Assembly (NCBI GenBank): GCA_964593885.1
Contig: CAZQKK010000002.1
Coordinates: 11,997 to 75,996, forward strand
Length of the DNA: 64,000 nt
Origin: an uncultured Candidatus Saccharibacteria bacterium
GTDB taxonomy: Bacteria > Patescibacteriota > UBA1384 > CAILIB01
Direction of reading: 5' to 3'
Both the position numbers and the translations under genes were made by a program. The notes under the pieces are model-generated. The model ran no database searches and was not told the DNA's origin. It worked only from the letters and a program-made list of their open reading frames with translations. This document shows positions 46,750 to 55,981 of this stretch, in pieces; the stretch's first letter is position 1, and every line of letters starts with the position of its first letter.

Positions 46750-46817
46750 AGGTAGGTGTGAGTAGTAGGTAGTGCTATACTAGCAGAAGACGTTAAGTAA
46801 CAAAAAGTAAGTACCCC

Positions 46818-47381
46818 ATGGAAGATCAAATCAAGCTGGTAGTGCTGCTCGGTACCGTGAGAGCAGAGAGACTCAGTGAGCGAGCTCTCAAGTTTGTGCA
46901 ACGTGAAATGGGCGAAAAGTACCCCCAGGTCTCGCTGCAGGTGTTTGACGTCAGAAACCTCTCCATGCCAATGGATGATGATGGACCAGATATCGGCGAT
47001 GCAAACCCGGAGTACAAGCAAGCGGTGCAAGGTATGGATGCCCTCCTCGTAGTTTCGCCAGAGTACAACCACAGTTTCCCGGGAACCCTCAAGCGAGCCC
47101 TAGACATGCTCAACATTTCAGACTGCCTTCATAAGGCGGTGGGGGTGGTTGGGGTGTCTAACGGGATGTTTGGCGGGGGAAGGATGGCAGAGTCACTCTT
47201 GCCGGTTTTCCGTACCCTAGGTCTGGTCTCAATTAAGCCTGATCACTACTTTCCCAAAGCCCAGGAAGCCCTCACCGAGGATGGTGTAGCACTCCAGCCA
47301 ATCTCAGTGGAGAGCTTCGCGAGGTTCATGGATGAGCTACTCTGGATGGCAAACGTGTTGCGAGAGGGTCGAAGAAAATAA
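46818..47381 (+). CDS. NADPH-dependent FMN reductase family protein
   Basis: LLGTVRAERLS...LLVVSPEYNHSFPGTLKRALD matches NADPH-dependent FMN reductase blocks. Confidence 0.8.
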   Translation: MEDQIKLVVLLGTVRAERLSERALKFVQREMGEKYPQVSLQVFDVRNLSMPMDDDGPDIGDANPEYKQAVQGMDALLVVSPEYNHSFPGTLKRALDMLNISDCLHKAVGVVGVSNGMFGGGRMAESLLPVFRTLGLVSIKPDHYFPKAQEALTEDGVALQPISVESFARFMDELLWMANVLREGRRK

Positions 47382-47406
47382 AAAAACCACCCGGGTGGGG
47401 TGGTTA
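47378..47406 (-). terminator. hairpin terminator (AACCACCCGGGTGGGGTGGTT) flanked by A-run/T-run, likely bidirectional
   Basis: The minus strand gives stem + TTTTTTTATTTT. It sits between convergent genes. Confidence 0.65.
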
Positions 47407-47994
47407 GAGAGATCGTTCTCCGGGTCTGTAGATGGTAGCGAGGCACTGGAGTTGCTTTGAGGAGTCCTTTCCAATGAGGAGGATCTCTTCGTTGAAAGGA
47501 GTCCCGCTCTCAAGGAAGCACTCGAGAGGAATGTAGACTTTTTCACCATCTCTAGAGGTAGCTAGGACGTAGATAGTCTGCTCCTTGCCGTTACGCGTGG
47601 CTAGTAGGCGTGAAACTAGTTCAGCTTTATGTAGCCATGCTTTCTGGGGTTGGAATACTTCGGGCAATACAATTATTTCTGCGAGTAGTGTCAGGAAAAA
47701 TAGTATAAGGATGATGGTGGCCATAAGATAGCTCATCCCAAAATATTTCCAGACCTCTGCTGAGATCGTCATGAAGACGGCAAAGATGAGTATGGCTGTG
47801 CTAACCATGAAGATTTGGTGTGTGCACACTACCATCCGCCCCACTGGGTCCTCTCGGAACTCCACACTTGGAATGTAGACCCTAGGATCCACCTTTGTTT
47901 CCTGACTAGTATTCTGTTCTGTCAAATACGTTTCCGATACCGTGCGTACTACGCACGTTGCCGGCAGAGTACCAAAAAACAGCCAAAAAGGCAA
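47404..47994 (-). CDS. hypothetical membrane protein (2-3 TM) with C-terminal soluble domain
   Basis: 196-aa ORF with no recognised motif. Confidence 0.5.
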   Translation of the reverse strand: MPFWLFFGTLPATCVVRTVSETYLTEQNTSQETKVDPRVYIPSVEFREDPVGRMVVCTHQIFMVSTAILIFAVFMTISAEVWKYFGMSYLMATIILILFFLTLLAEIIVLPEVFQPQKAWLHKAELVSRLLATRNGKEQTIYVLATSRDGEKVYIPLECFLESGTPFNEEILLIGKDSSKQLQCLATIYRPGERSL

Positions 47995-48016
47995 TGAGAT
48001 TAACCCTGTTGTAAGC

Positions 48017-49207
48017 TTACGCCCTACCCTCTAGGTAGTGCCTGACCATCATGGCGGCGGTAGCTCCTTCGCCTACAGCTGCTGCAACCTGCATGGTGGC
48101 GCCGGCACGGCAGTCTCCGGCGGCAAACACACCAGGAATGGTGGTTTGGAGGGTCTTGTCTGTCTCAATGAAACCAGCCTTGTTTCTGGTGATGGTTTCA
48201 GGAAGCCAGCTGGTTTGGGGGGTGAGGCCAACAAAAACAAAAACACCTTCGCCACTTACGGTTGTAATTTCACCAGTATCGCGGTGCTCCATCCGGATGC
48301 CGGTAACGCGGTCATCCTCAGAGGTGATTTCTAGGGTTTTCTGGTTGAAGTAGCTGGTAACCTTATTGCCAATCTTCTTGAGTTTTGCCTGGAGGGTTTG
48401 GCTAGCGCTGAAGATTGGCTCAAAGCTCACAATGTGGACGTGTGAGGCAAACTGGGTGAGGAAGAGAGATTCTTGGAGTGCCGAGTTTCCTCCTCCAATC
48501 ACGATAACTTCCTTGCCACGGTAGAAAGGTCCGTCGCAGGTGGCACAGTTGTGAACACCTCTCCCGCTAAACTCAGCTTCCCCAGGAACGTTGAGCTGAC
48601 GGTACTTGGTCCCAAGGGCGAGGATTACAGACTTTGCCCTAACTTCGCCACTGCTCGTGGTGATGCCAATGTAGCCTGGAGTTTCCTGGTGGATGGTGGT
48701 TACCTCTTCACCAGCCTTAATATCGGTACCAAACTTCATCGCTTGGTTTCCCATGTGCTGCATGAGCTCAAACCCAGAGATGGGTTCCTCAAAGCCAGGG
48801 TAGTTCTCAATGGCCGAGGTAATAATCGCTTGTCCGCCAACTCCAACCTTGTCAAAGACAACCGTTTTGAGCTGCTCTCGTGAGCAGTAGATGGCGGCAG
48901 TGAGTCCCGCTGGACCAGCTCCAATGATGGCAACATCGCAGGTTTTGGCATCAGTAGGAGCATCCTGGTCTCCAAGGGCGGCGGTGAGAACCTCGGTGCT
49001 TGGACAGATGAGTACTTCACCGTTAGCTAGAATGACTACAGGAATCTCATCGCTCCCGCCTGCGCTTACTGAGGCTTCTGAGAGGTGCTTCTCGCTAGCA
49101 TCAACGTTAACAAACTTGTAATCAAGGTGCTGAGACGAGAGGTAGTCGGTAACCCTCGTGCAGTCTGGGCACCATCGCGCCCCGTAGACGATGATGGGAT
49201 CAGCCAT
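48017..49207 (-). CDS. trxB: thioredoxin-disulfide reductase with N-terminal glutaredoxin/NrdH-like CPDC domain fusion
   Basis: N-terminal 85 aa: IIVYGARWCPDCTRVTDYL. Then a FAD-binding GAGPAGLTAA motif, the redox-active CATCDG and NADPH-binding GGGNSA, as in TrxR. Confidence 0.85.
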   Translation of the reverse strand: MADPIIVYGARWCPDCTRVTDYLSSQHLDYKFVNVDASEKHLSEASVSAGGSDEIPVVILANGEVLICPSTEVLTAALGDQDAPTDAKTCDVAIIGAGPAGLTAAIYCSREQLKTVVFDKVGVGGQAIITSAIENYPGFEEPISGFELMQHMGNQAMKFGTDIKAGEEVTTIHQETPGYIGITTSSGEVRAKSVILALGTKYRQLNVPGEAEFSGRGVHNCATCDGPFYRGKEVIVIGGGNSALQESLFLTQFASHVHIVSFEPIFSASQTLQAKLKKIGNKVTSYFNQKTLEITSEDDRVTGIRMEHRDTGEITTVSGEGVFVFVGLTPQTSWLPETITRNKAGFIETDKTLQTTIPGVFAAGDCRAGATMQVAAAVGEGATAAMMVRHYLEGRA

Positions 49208-49216
49208 GGTGTGAAC

Positions 49217-49861
49217 TTAGGCTTCTGGATTTGCTTCCTTGGCAGCTTTGAGAGCTCTTTTCTTTGCTTTCTTTTTCGCACCCGCATAGCCGAGTGCTGC
49301 TGGGCTTAGGCTCACCAAAATGATGAAAGCGATGACGGGGAGAATGAACTTATCGATGTTTGGGATGGTCCTACCCAGGAAGAACCCAAGGGACAGCATA
49401 CCGGCAATCCAGCCAATGCCTCCCATGGTGTTGTAGAGTGCAAAGGTTTTGTAATTCATCTTTGAGACGCCTGCTAGCATTGGGGCGAAGCTACGCACGA
49501 CGGGCGTAAACCTTGCGAGAATAATGGTTTTGACCCCGTGCTCCTCATAGAATGCCTCAGCCTTTTTGAGCTGCTCAAGGTTGAAGAACTTTCGTTTGGG
49601 ATCAGGCGTGAATAGTTTTGGCCCCAGCTTGTAGCCAATTCTGTAGCCAACAGCATCTCCACTAACTGCGGCGATAATACCCACAACAATCAAGATGGGT
49701 AGGCTGAGCTTACCTTGGGAGGCAAACAGTCCGAGGGTGAAGAGGAGTGAGTCACCAGGGAGGAAGAAGCCAATGAGGAGGCCGCTCTCAGCAAAGATGA
49801 TGGCAAAGAACGCCACGTAGGCGAGGGTGAGACCGAGGGTGAGGAGCCAGTTTTCAATCAT
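49217..49861 (-). CDS. DedA/SNARE-associated family membrane protein
   Basis: FFLPGDSLLF...AFYEEHGVKTIILARFTPVVRSFAPMLAG are the typical DedA blocks. Confidence 0.8.
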   Translation of the reverse strand: MIENWLLTLGLTLAYVAFFAIIFAESGLLIGFFLPGDSLLFTLGLFASQGKLSLPILIVVGIIAAVSGDAVGYRIGYKLGPKLFTPDPKRKFFNLEQLKKAEAFYEEHGVKTIILARFTPVVRSFAPMLAGVSKMNYKTFALYNTMGGIGWIAGMLSLGFFLGRTIPNIDKFILPVIAFIILVSLSPAALGYAGAKKKAKKRALKAAKEANPEA

Positions 49862-49869
49862 GGAGGTGG

Positions 49870-51039
49870 TTACTTAGTGCGAATGCAGCCCTCGGCCTGT
49901 GCTGCTGCAGCAACGGCTGCGGCAATGCGTGGGACAACTTGTTTATCGAGTGGGTTTGGAAGGATGAGATCAGGTGTAGGAGTTGGGACAGCCTGCGCAA
50001 GTGCCGTAACGGCAGCATTGAGCATTCCCTGGGTGATCTTGGTTGCGCCAGCGTCGAGAGCTCCTCTAAAGATACCAGGGAAGGCGAGAACGTTATTCAC
50101 CTGGTTAGGGAAATCTGATCTGCCTGTAGCCACAATAGCAGCTCCCGCGGCTTTCGCCTCGTCTGGCATGATTTCAGGCACTGGGTTAGCGAGCGCGAAG
50201 ATGACCGGGTTTGCAGCCATCTTTCCCATAAGGCTTGCTGGGAGGGCGCCGGCCTTTGAGAGGCCAATGAATATCTGTGCACCTTCAAGGGCTGCTTCAA
50301 GTGAGCCAGTGAGGTGGCGCGGGTTGGTTCGTCCCAACAGCTGCTGCTTTTCTGGGTTGAGATCGCTCCGGTCTGGCCCGATGATTCCCTTGCTGTCTAC
50401 TACGGTGATGTCTACACCAGGAGCAGTAGCAAGGATCATGTCGGTAACAGCGGTGCCGCCGGCGCCAGCCCCGTTCACCACAATTTTGGTTTCAGCAAGG
50501 TTGAGGTTGAGCGCGCGCATGGCGTTAAGGAGGCCTGCAACTACCACCACGGCGGTACCGTGTTGGTCGTCGTGCATGACCGGGATGCCAAGGTCTTGGA
50601 GAGCAGCTTCAACAGCGAAACAGCGAGGGGCGCTAATATCCTCAAGGTTGATGCCGCCAAAGCTAGGAGCGAGACGGGTAACGGTATCAATAATTTCTTG
50701 GGTGTCCTGGGTGTCTAGTACAAGCGGGATGGCGTCAATACCAGCAAACTCCTTGAAGAGCAGCGCCTTTCCGGCCATAACAGGTTGAGCAGCTAAAGCA
50801 CCAATGTTTCCAAGTCCCAAGACGGCAGAACCATCTGAAACGATGGCAACAGTGTTGGAACGCCAAGTGAGATCCCAGGAGAGGTGGGGGTTTTCGGCAA
50901 TGGCACTGGAGACGGCTCCCACACCTGGAGAGTAGAAGGTGGCAAGATCGTCTTTGGTGGTAACAGAGGCCTTTGCCTTCATCTCAATCTTTCCCTTGAG
51001 TTTGCGGTGTTCTTCTAGTGAGGCAGCGGCGTAATCCAT
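49870..51039 (-). CDS. NAD(P)-dependent malic enzyme (short form)
   Basis: LATFYSPGVGAVSSAI, the GxGxxG NAD-binding motif VVNGAGAGGTAV, and a length of 389 aa. Confidence 0.85.
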   Translation of the reverse strand: MDYAAASLEEHRKLKGKIEMKAKASVTTKDDLATFYSPGVGAVSSAIAENPHLSWDLTWRSNTVAIVSDGSAVLGLGNIGALAAQPVMAGKALLFKEFAGIDAIPLVLDTQDTQEIIDTVTRLAPSFGGINLEDISAPRCFAVEAALQDLGIPVMHDDQHGTAVVVVAGLLNAMRALNLNLAETKIVVNGAGAGGTAVTDMILATAPGVDITVVDSKGIIGPDRSDLNPEKQQLLGRTNPRHLTGSLEAALEGAQIFIGLSKAGALPASLMGKMAANPVIFALANPVPEIMPDEAKAAGAAIVATGRSDFPNQVNNVLAFPGIFRGALDAGATKITQGMLNAAVTALAQAVPTPTPDLILPNPLDKQVVPRIAAAVAAAAQAEGCIRTK

Positions 51040-51078
51040 GGTGCATGCAGGCGTTAGTGGTGCTCAAATGAGTATACC

Positions 51079-51108
51079 AAAAAAGACCGCCGGAGCGGTC
51101 TCTTTTGC
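51079..51108 (-). terminator. hairpin terminator (AGACCGC-CGGA-GCGGTCT) with flanking A/T runs
   Basis: The minus strand gives stem + TTTTTTGG, downstream of the RRM protein gene. Confidence 0.65.
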
Positions 51109-51119
51109 AGTGAGGTAGG

Positions 51120-51716
51120 TTAGTACCTGCTGTTGTAGCTATTGCCACCGCCGAAACGGTCGCCGCCACGGTCGTCACGACTTCCGCCGCGATCATCGCG
51201 TGAACGTGGCTGCTGTGGGCGAGCTACGTTAACGGTGATTGTGCGTCCATCGATTTCCTTCTCGTGGAACATCTCGATAGCTGCCTGAGCTTCTTCATCT
51301 GTGCCCATCTCTACAAAACCAATACCACGGGACTTGCCCATGTCATTGAGAGGGATTTTGACAGACATAACGGTTCCGGCCTGGCTGAAAGCCTCACGGA
51401 GACCATCTTCAGTTGTTGACCATGCGAGGCTACCAACGAAGAGCTTCTTGTTGTTGACTGCGCCTGCGGCTGGAGCCTGACCGGCTTCATTTACGCGGAG
51501 AACGCGGCCATCAACTTCAGCGTTGTTGAACATCTGAATAGCGGCCTGAGCCTCTTCATCAGTGCTCATTTCAATAAAACCAAAACCACGGGACTTGCCC
51601 ATGTCATTCATCGGGATCTGTGACGAAGTAACTGTACCAGCCTTGCTAAATGCTTCTTGAAGTGAAGCTTCTGTTGTTCCCCAAGAGAGGTTTCCAACGT
51701 AGAGTTTGTTTCCCAT
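51120..51716 (-). CDS. RNA-binding protein with two tandem RRM domains and C-terminal RGG/RDD tail
   Basis: RNP2 (LYVGNLSW / LFVGSLAW) and RNP1 (KSRGFGFIEM / KSRGIGFVEM) each occur twice. The two RRMs are about 65% identical to each other. The tail is RDDRGGSRDDRGGDRFGGG. Confidence 0.85.
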   Translation of the reverse strand: MGNKLYVGNLSWGTTEASLQEAFSKAGTVTSSQIPMNDMGKSRGFGFIEMSTDEEAQAAIQMFNNAEVDGRVLRVNEAGQAPAAGAVNNKKLFVGSLAWSTTEDGLREAFSQAGTVMSVKIPLNDMGKSRGIGFVEMGTDEEAQAAIEMFHEKEIDGRTITVNVARPQQPRSRDDRGGSRDDRGGDRFGGGNSYNSRY

Positions 51717-51830
51717 GTAACGATACTTTCTAAAAATAATATATCCGAGTACGAACGACCGTCTTCAGATAAACTGAGGACACCGACTGGTTGCTTTGAT
51801 AGTAGCGTAAACCAGGAAAATTGCAATAGC

Positions 51831-52298
51831 CTAAGCTGTTAATCGCTTGATTTCAGCCACAACTACCGCGCCATGGTTGAGGGGGTTTACGTTTGAGAAT
51901 GCCATCGCCACCTTGCCTTCAGGGCTTATGATGTAGGTGCTCCTGTCCATCCCAAAGTACTTCTTCCCAAACATCGACTTCTCTACCCACACCTGGAATG
52001 CCTCGGCAACCTGGTGGTTAGGGTCTGAGAGGAGGGGGAACCCGAGGGAGTGGTTGGCGATGAACTTCTGGTGTGACTTTGTGCTATCTTTACTCACCCC
52101 AAACACCTGAGCGCCAAGTGCTTTCAATTCCTCGGCTGAATCTCTGAATGAGCACGCCTGGATGGTGCAGCCTGGAGTTTCATCGCGAGGATAGAAGTAC
52201 AAAACTGTCCAAGTACCGAGGAAGTTGGCTTCGGTAGTGGTTTCACCATCCTGGTTTATCGCAGAAAAGTGGGGGGTTGGAGAACCTACTGCAAGCAT
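51831..52298 (-). CDS. bcp: peroxiredoxin, Bcp type
   Basis: FYPRDETPGCTIQACSF contains the peroxidatic Cys motif PxxxTxxC. Confidence 0.85.
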   Translation of the reverse strand: MLAVGSPTPHFSAINQDGETTTEANFLGTWTVLYFYPRDETPGCTIQACSFRDSAEELKALGAQVFGVSKDSTKSHQKFIANHSLGFPLLSDPNHQVAEAFQVWVEKSMFGKKYFGMDRSTYIISPEGKVAMAFSNVNPLNHGAVVVAEIKRLTA

Positions 52299-52364
52299 CG
52301 GGGCGAAGTTAGTGACTCAGATGTTAGGGTACACCAGCAGCCTTCCTCCTGCTAGTATGGCTAC

Positions 52365-52811
52365 ATGCAGCCTACGGTAACGATTACCCGCCTAGACCCA
52401 GACCTTCCGTTACCGCGCTACCACACAGAGAAATCCGTGGGGTTAGATTTAGCGGTTCGAGCTAGCATGAGCATTCCTGCCCATGAAATTGCCAGGGTAC
52501 CCCTTGGGGTGCTCATCGAGCCGCCGGCTGGGTATTGGACAATGCTCGTGCCACGTAGCTCGCTCCACAAGAAAGGGCTCATACCTGCAAACGGGGTTGG
52601 TATCATCGACCCAGACTACTGTGGTGAAAGCGACGAGTACCAGGCGCTCCTCTACAACGCAACCAATTACCTGGTTAATTTGGAGAAAGGGGAGCGAATC
52701 ATGCAGGTTGTCTTCCTCCCAGTTCAGCAACCAACCGTAGTTGAAGGAAGCTTACCTACTAACAATCACCAAACCCGGGGCGGGCTTGGCAGCACAGGAA
52801 CCCACGCATGA
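52365..52811 (+). CDS. dut: dUTP diphosphatase
   Basis: Motif blocks AGLDL, RSS and GVGIIDPDYCGE are typical of trimeric dUTPase. Confidence 0.85.
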   Translation: MQPTVTITRLDPDLPLPRYHTEKSVGLDLAVRASMSIPAHEIARVPLGVLIEPPAGYWTMLVPRSSLHKKGLIPANGVGIIDPDYCGESDEYQALLYNATNYLVNLEKGERIMQVVFLPVQQPTVVEGSLPTNNHQTRGGLGSTGTHA

Positions 52812-54016
52812 CCTACCAACCATCTCCAGAAATCCTCAAGAAGTATGCAGATCTCCTGGTAAAGTACGCCCTCAATAGCGGCGAAGGGGTGAAGCAGGGT
52901 GAAGTAGTTCAGGTAATGGTGCCTGAGTGTGCTAAGCCCATGTACGTCCCGCTACGCACCAGCTTGCTTGAGGCAGGAGCCATTCCACTCATGCAGTACC
53001 TCCCTGATGACGTGGACATGGCAGGTTACTTTAACCAAGCAACCGAGGACCAGCTGACGTTCTTCATGGAGAAGTACTACCGTGGCATTGTTGACCAAGT
53101 AGACCACAGCATCAACATCTTAGCCGAGGCAAACAAGCACGAGCTTGAGACGGTTGAGCCTCAGAAGCTCATCTCACGCTCCGTGGCGATGAAGCCCTAC
53201 CGAGACTGGCGCGAAGCCAAGGAGAACGATGGGATGTTCACCTGGACGCTCGCCCTCTACGGTACTCCAGCCATGGCAGCAGAGGTTGGGATGACTGAAG
53301 AAGAGTACTGGGCCCAGATTATCTCAGCCTGCTACCTGGACGATCCAGATCCCGTGGCAAAGTGGCGCGAGGTGAGCGAGAGCCTAGAGGATACCCGAGG
53401 CTGGCTCAACTCACTGGAGATCCAGAAGGTGCACGTAGAAGCTGAGGACATTGACCTCTGGGTGCAGCTTGGCAGCGATAGGCACTGGCTTGGGGGAAGT
53501 GGTAGGAACATTCCAAGCTTTGAGCTCTTCATCTCGCCAGACTGGCGTGGCACTGAGGGAACTATTAGCTTCAACCAGCCTCTCTACTACATGGGTAAGC
53601 TGATTGAGGGAGTGAAGCTCAAGTTTGAAAAAGGGGTGGTAGTTGAGTCATCGGCAACCAGGAACGAAGCTCTCCTGAAAGAGATGATTGCAGCGCCCAA
53701 CGCTGATAAGGTTGGCGAATTCTCTCTCACCGATGGCAGACTCTCGCACATTACCAAGCTCATGGGCGAAACGCTCTACGATGAAAACCGGGGAGGCGAG
53801 CAGGGGAATACCCACGTTGCCTTGGGCAACGCCTACAAAGATTCCTTTACCGGGAATATTTCAAAACTTACTGAGGATGAGTGGGCTTCACGCGGATTCA
53901 ACGCTTCGGTGATTCACACAGATATTATCAGTACTTCACAACGGAAAGTTACCGCTTACCTAGCTGATGGGAGCGAAGTAGTAATCTACGAGAACGGTAA
54001 ATTCACCCACCGCTAG
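52808..54016 (+). CDS. aminopeptidase, M29 family (AmpS/PepS-like)
   Basis: The N-terminal ILKKYADLLVKYALNSGEGVKQGEVVQV and overall length match thermophilic metalloprotease M29. Confidence 0.75.
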   Translation: MTYQPSPEILKKYADLLVKYALNSGEGVKQGEVVQVMVPECAKPMYVPLRTSLLEAGAIPLMQYLPDDVDMAGYFNQATEDQLTFFMEKYYRGIVDQVDHSINILAEANKHELETVEPQKLISRSVAMKPYRDWREAKENDGMFTWTLALYGTPAMAAEVGMTEEEYWAQIISACYLDDPDPVAKWREVSESLEDTRGWLNSLEIQKVHVEAEDIDLWVQLGSDRHWLGGSGRNIPSFELFISPDWRGTEGTISFNQPLYYMGKLIEGVKLKFEKGVVVESSATRNEALLKEMIAAPNADKVGEFSLTDGRLSHITKLMGETLYDENRGGEQGNTHVALGNAYKDSFTGNISKLTEDEWASRGFNASVIHTDIISTSQRKVTAYLADGSEVVIYENGKFTHR

Positions 54017-54092
54017 AGCCTCAGGTAATTGCTTTTTTGGTGAAGATTCGATAAAAATCAGGTGACTCTTTTACTTGGCGTAGAAGGGGTGA

Positions 54093-54785
54093 ATGCTCAT
54101 GATCACGGTCACTTTTGTTGTCTTTGCTATCTTCTGGGCGCTCCTTCTACTCCAAGTTGGAGGAGTGTTTAGCTTGCGTCAGCTACCGTTGGGACTTCGG
54201 TCAGTTCGCTACCTACAAACGCGTCCTCACCACGCCGATACCCACCACTGGTCCTACCAGCAGCTGTCTTGGGCTGTTGGGTTATGCTTTGGCACCTTCA
54301 ACGCACACCTTGGTCCTTCAACTCGTTTCTCTAGGGATCTCAAAAAGATCTTTAGGAAGCGTGAAGGGTGTCCTACGGGTAAGTACCATAACCTTCCTGA
54401 GGTAGTGGTTTACTACCAGGAGAGTTCATCCTCTGCCTGGCAGCGTACCGCGCTCCTGCGCTTTACCAACCACCCTAGACACCCTACCTACGGGGTAGAG
54501 GCTGTCTACTGGATTGCCCATGTCATCTACTCTAGTGGTGAATCGCTGATGGTAACCAGTCACGGTGATGTGATCACCGTTTCTGAACTTGGCGAAAGAG
54601 CCGGTGCACTCCTTGGGGTGAACCTCTGGAAAGGAGCTTCAGTAACTGAAAGGTGTAACGGCATCCTTGGGGATGTTCTCGCTCTTACTGGAAACCAAAC
54701 GGCGGTTCAATTCTGCCAGAGGCTTCTCGTTGAGGGTACCGACAATAAGGGCGGGAGGGGTCTCCAGCTTAACCTCAATTACTAG
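54093..54785 (+). CDS. hypothetical protein with N-terminal TM anchor
   Basis: 230-aa ORF followed by a terminator. Confidence 0.45.
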   Translation: MLMITVTFVVFAIFWALLLLQVGGVFSLRQLPLGLRSVRYLQTRPHHADTHHWSYQQLSWAVGLCFGTFNAHLGPSTRFSRDLKKIFRKREGCPTGKYHNLPEVVVYYQESSSSAWQRTALLRFTNHPRHPTYGVEAVYWIAHVIYSSGESLMVTSHGDVITVSELGERAGALLGVNLWKGASVTERCNGILGDVLALTGNQTAVQFCQRLLVEGTDNKGGRGLQLNLNY

Positions 54786-54812
54786 CCACCCAACCGGGTG
54801 GTTTTTTATTTC
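54786..54812 (+). terminator. rho-independent terminator (CCACCCAACCGGGTGG + T7)
   Basis: Hairpin plus a T-run immediately after the stop. Confidence 0.7.
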
Positions 54813-54896
54813 TCGTGTTCTGTGGTGGATATTGACATTTTTCAGGTTTAATGCTACATTTCCCCCGCCAGCAAATAGAACAGCTGGTACAAAAAA

Positions 54897-55916
54897 ATGC
54901 AAAGAAACATGACAGGACTTTTACAGCTTGCCTTGCTGCTCACGGGAGTGACAGCACAGGCCCAGACTGTTCAACTATGGAAGCTACCCAATGCAAACCT
55001 AGGAGGCACTAGTATGTTTGCCTCGCCAACTGCCAAGAAAATGGCAGGATCGGTGTATGACAATGGTGTGGCAATGATCTTTATCATTCAAGGGTCTACG
55101 CTCCAGCTGGTTCCAGCTCCGTTAGCCCAAACGCCAGGAAACGCTCCTCTCAGCCCGAGGGATGTGACGGAAGCGGGAGATGTGCTCCTCGCCAATAGTG
55201 CTGATTGCGCAATACGCGACCTAACTGGTTTCGTGACATGGCTGCCTTCAGCGGGCTCAAACTACTACACCTACTCTTGTTACTTTGGGAGTAGTGGTGG
55301 GTCTGTGCTCATTGGCAGAGATGACGGCAACTTTCCGGGCCAGAGTTCGGCGGGGCTTCTTGATCCCAATGGCTTCACTCCATTCCAGCAGCTCAGCAAT
55401 ATTGCAGGGTATGAAGTTCCCGCAGGGACTTCTGAGGCGGGGTACAACGTTGGGAGAGTCTACTATCCTCCCTACGGCAGTACCACAAATTGGTTTGGCA
55501 AAGAGTCAGGTGAGCGGCACGAGCTTCCATCGGTTGCTGGTGGCGTTGGTTTCAGAACTGAAGCATACGCAATCTCAGGTGATGGCCGCTGGGCAGCCGG
55601 AGACTTCACGCAGTTCCCAGGGTTAGTGAGTAGGGGTCCGGTGCTCTGGGATACGCTGCAAAACAAGATTGTTTTCTTCATAACAGCAAATCAGGTTGGA
55701 GAGCCCGGGATTACTGACTGGAATGTGATGGGGGTCGATAACAAGGGGCGTATAGCACTTACAACAAGCAGCCTCGGAGGGTTGTACAACAGCACCGCAA
55801 GGACGTTCCGGAAGCCTAACGTCCCAGGAACGTACCGGGTTGCAGGTGTGAGTGATACTGGCAGGCTCTTTGGTCTTACATCCATTGACGGCCAGCTCTA
55901 CGCCTGGCGAGAATAG
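54897..55916 (+). CDS. secreted hypothetical protein
   Basis: Signal peptide MQRNMTGLLQLALLLTGVTAQA. Gly/Ser-rich domain of unknown function, possibly a beta-propeller. Confidence 0.5.
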   Translation: MQRNMTGLLQLALLLTGVTAQAQTVQLWKLPNANLGGTSMFASPTAKKMAGSVYDNGVAMIFIIQGSTLQLVPAPLAQTPGNAPLSPRDVTEAGDVLLANSADCAIRDLTGFVTWLPSAGSNYYTYSCYFGSSGGSVLIGRDDGNFPGQSSAGLLDPNGFTPFQQLSNIAGYEVPAGTSEAGYNVGRVYYPPYGSTTNWFGKESGERHELPSVAGGVGFRTEAYAISGDGRWAAGDFTQFPGLVSRGPVLWDTLQNKIVFFITANQVGEPGITDWNVMGVDNKGRIALTTSSLGGLYNSTARTFRKPNVPGTYRVAGVSDTGRLFGLTSIDGQLYAWRE

Positions 55917-55932
55917 GTAGACACACGTATGA

Positions 55933-55962
55933 GTCCTCTCTTAGTTGAGAGGGCTTTTTTAT
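55933..55962 (+). terminator. rho-independent terminator (CCTCTC-TTAGTT-GAGAGG + GCTTTTTTA)
   Basis: Hairpin plus a T-run between convergent genes. Confidence 0.7.
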
Positions 55963-55981
55963 TGCGAGTTTCTTACTTCGG

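Noticed and set aside
49877-50788. 303-aa plus-strand ORF
   Set aside because: It is antisense to the malic enzyme gene. Its Ala/Ser/Arg/Pro-rich composition is typical of a shadow ORF.
54115-54405. 96-aa alternative-frame ORF
   Set aside because: It is nested in the 54093-54785 ORF, which has a better N-terminal TM/signal, and is likely spurious.
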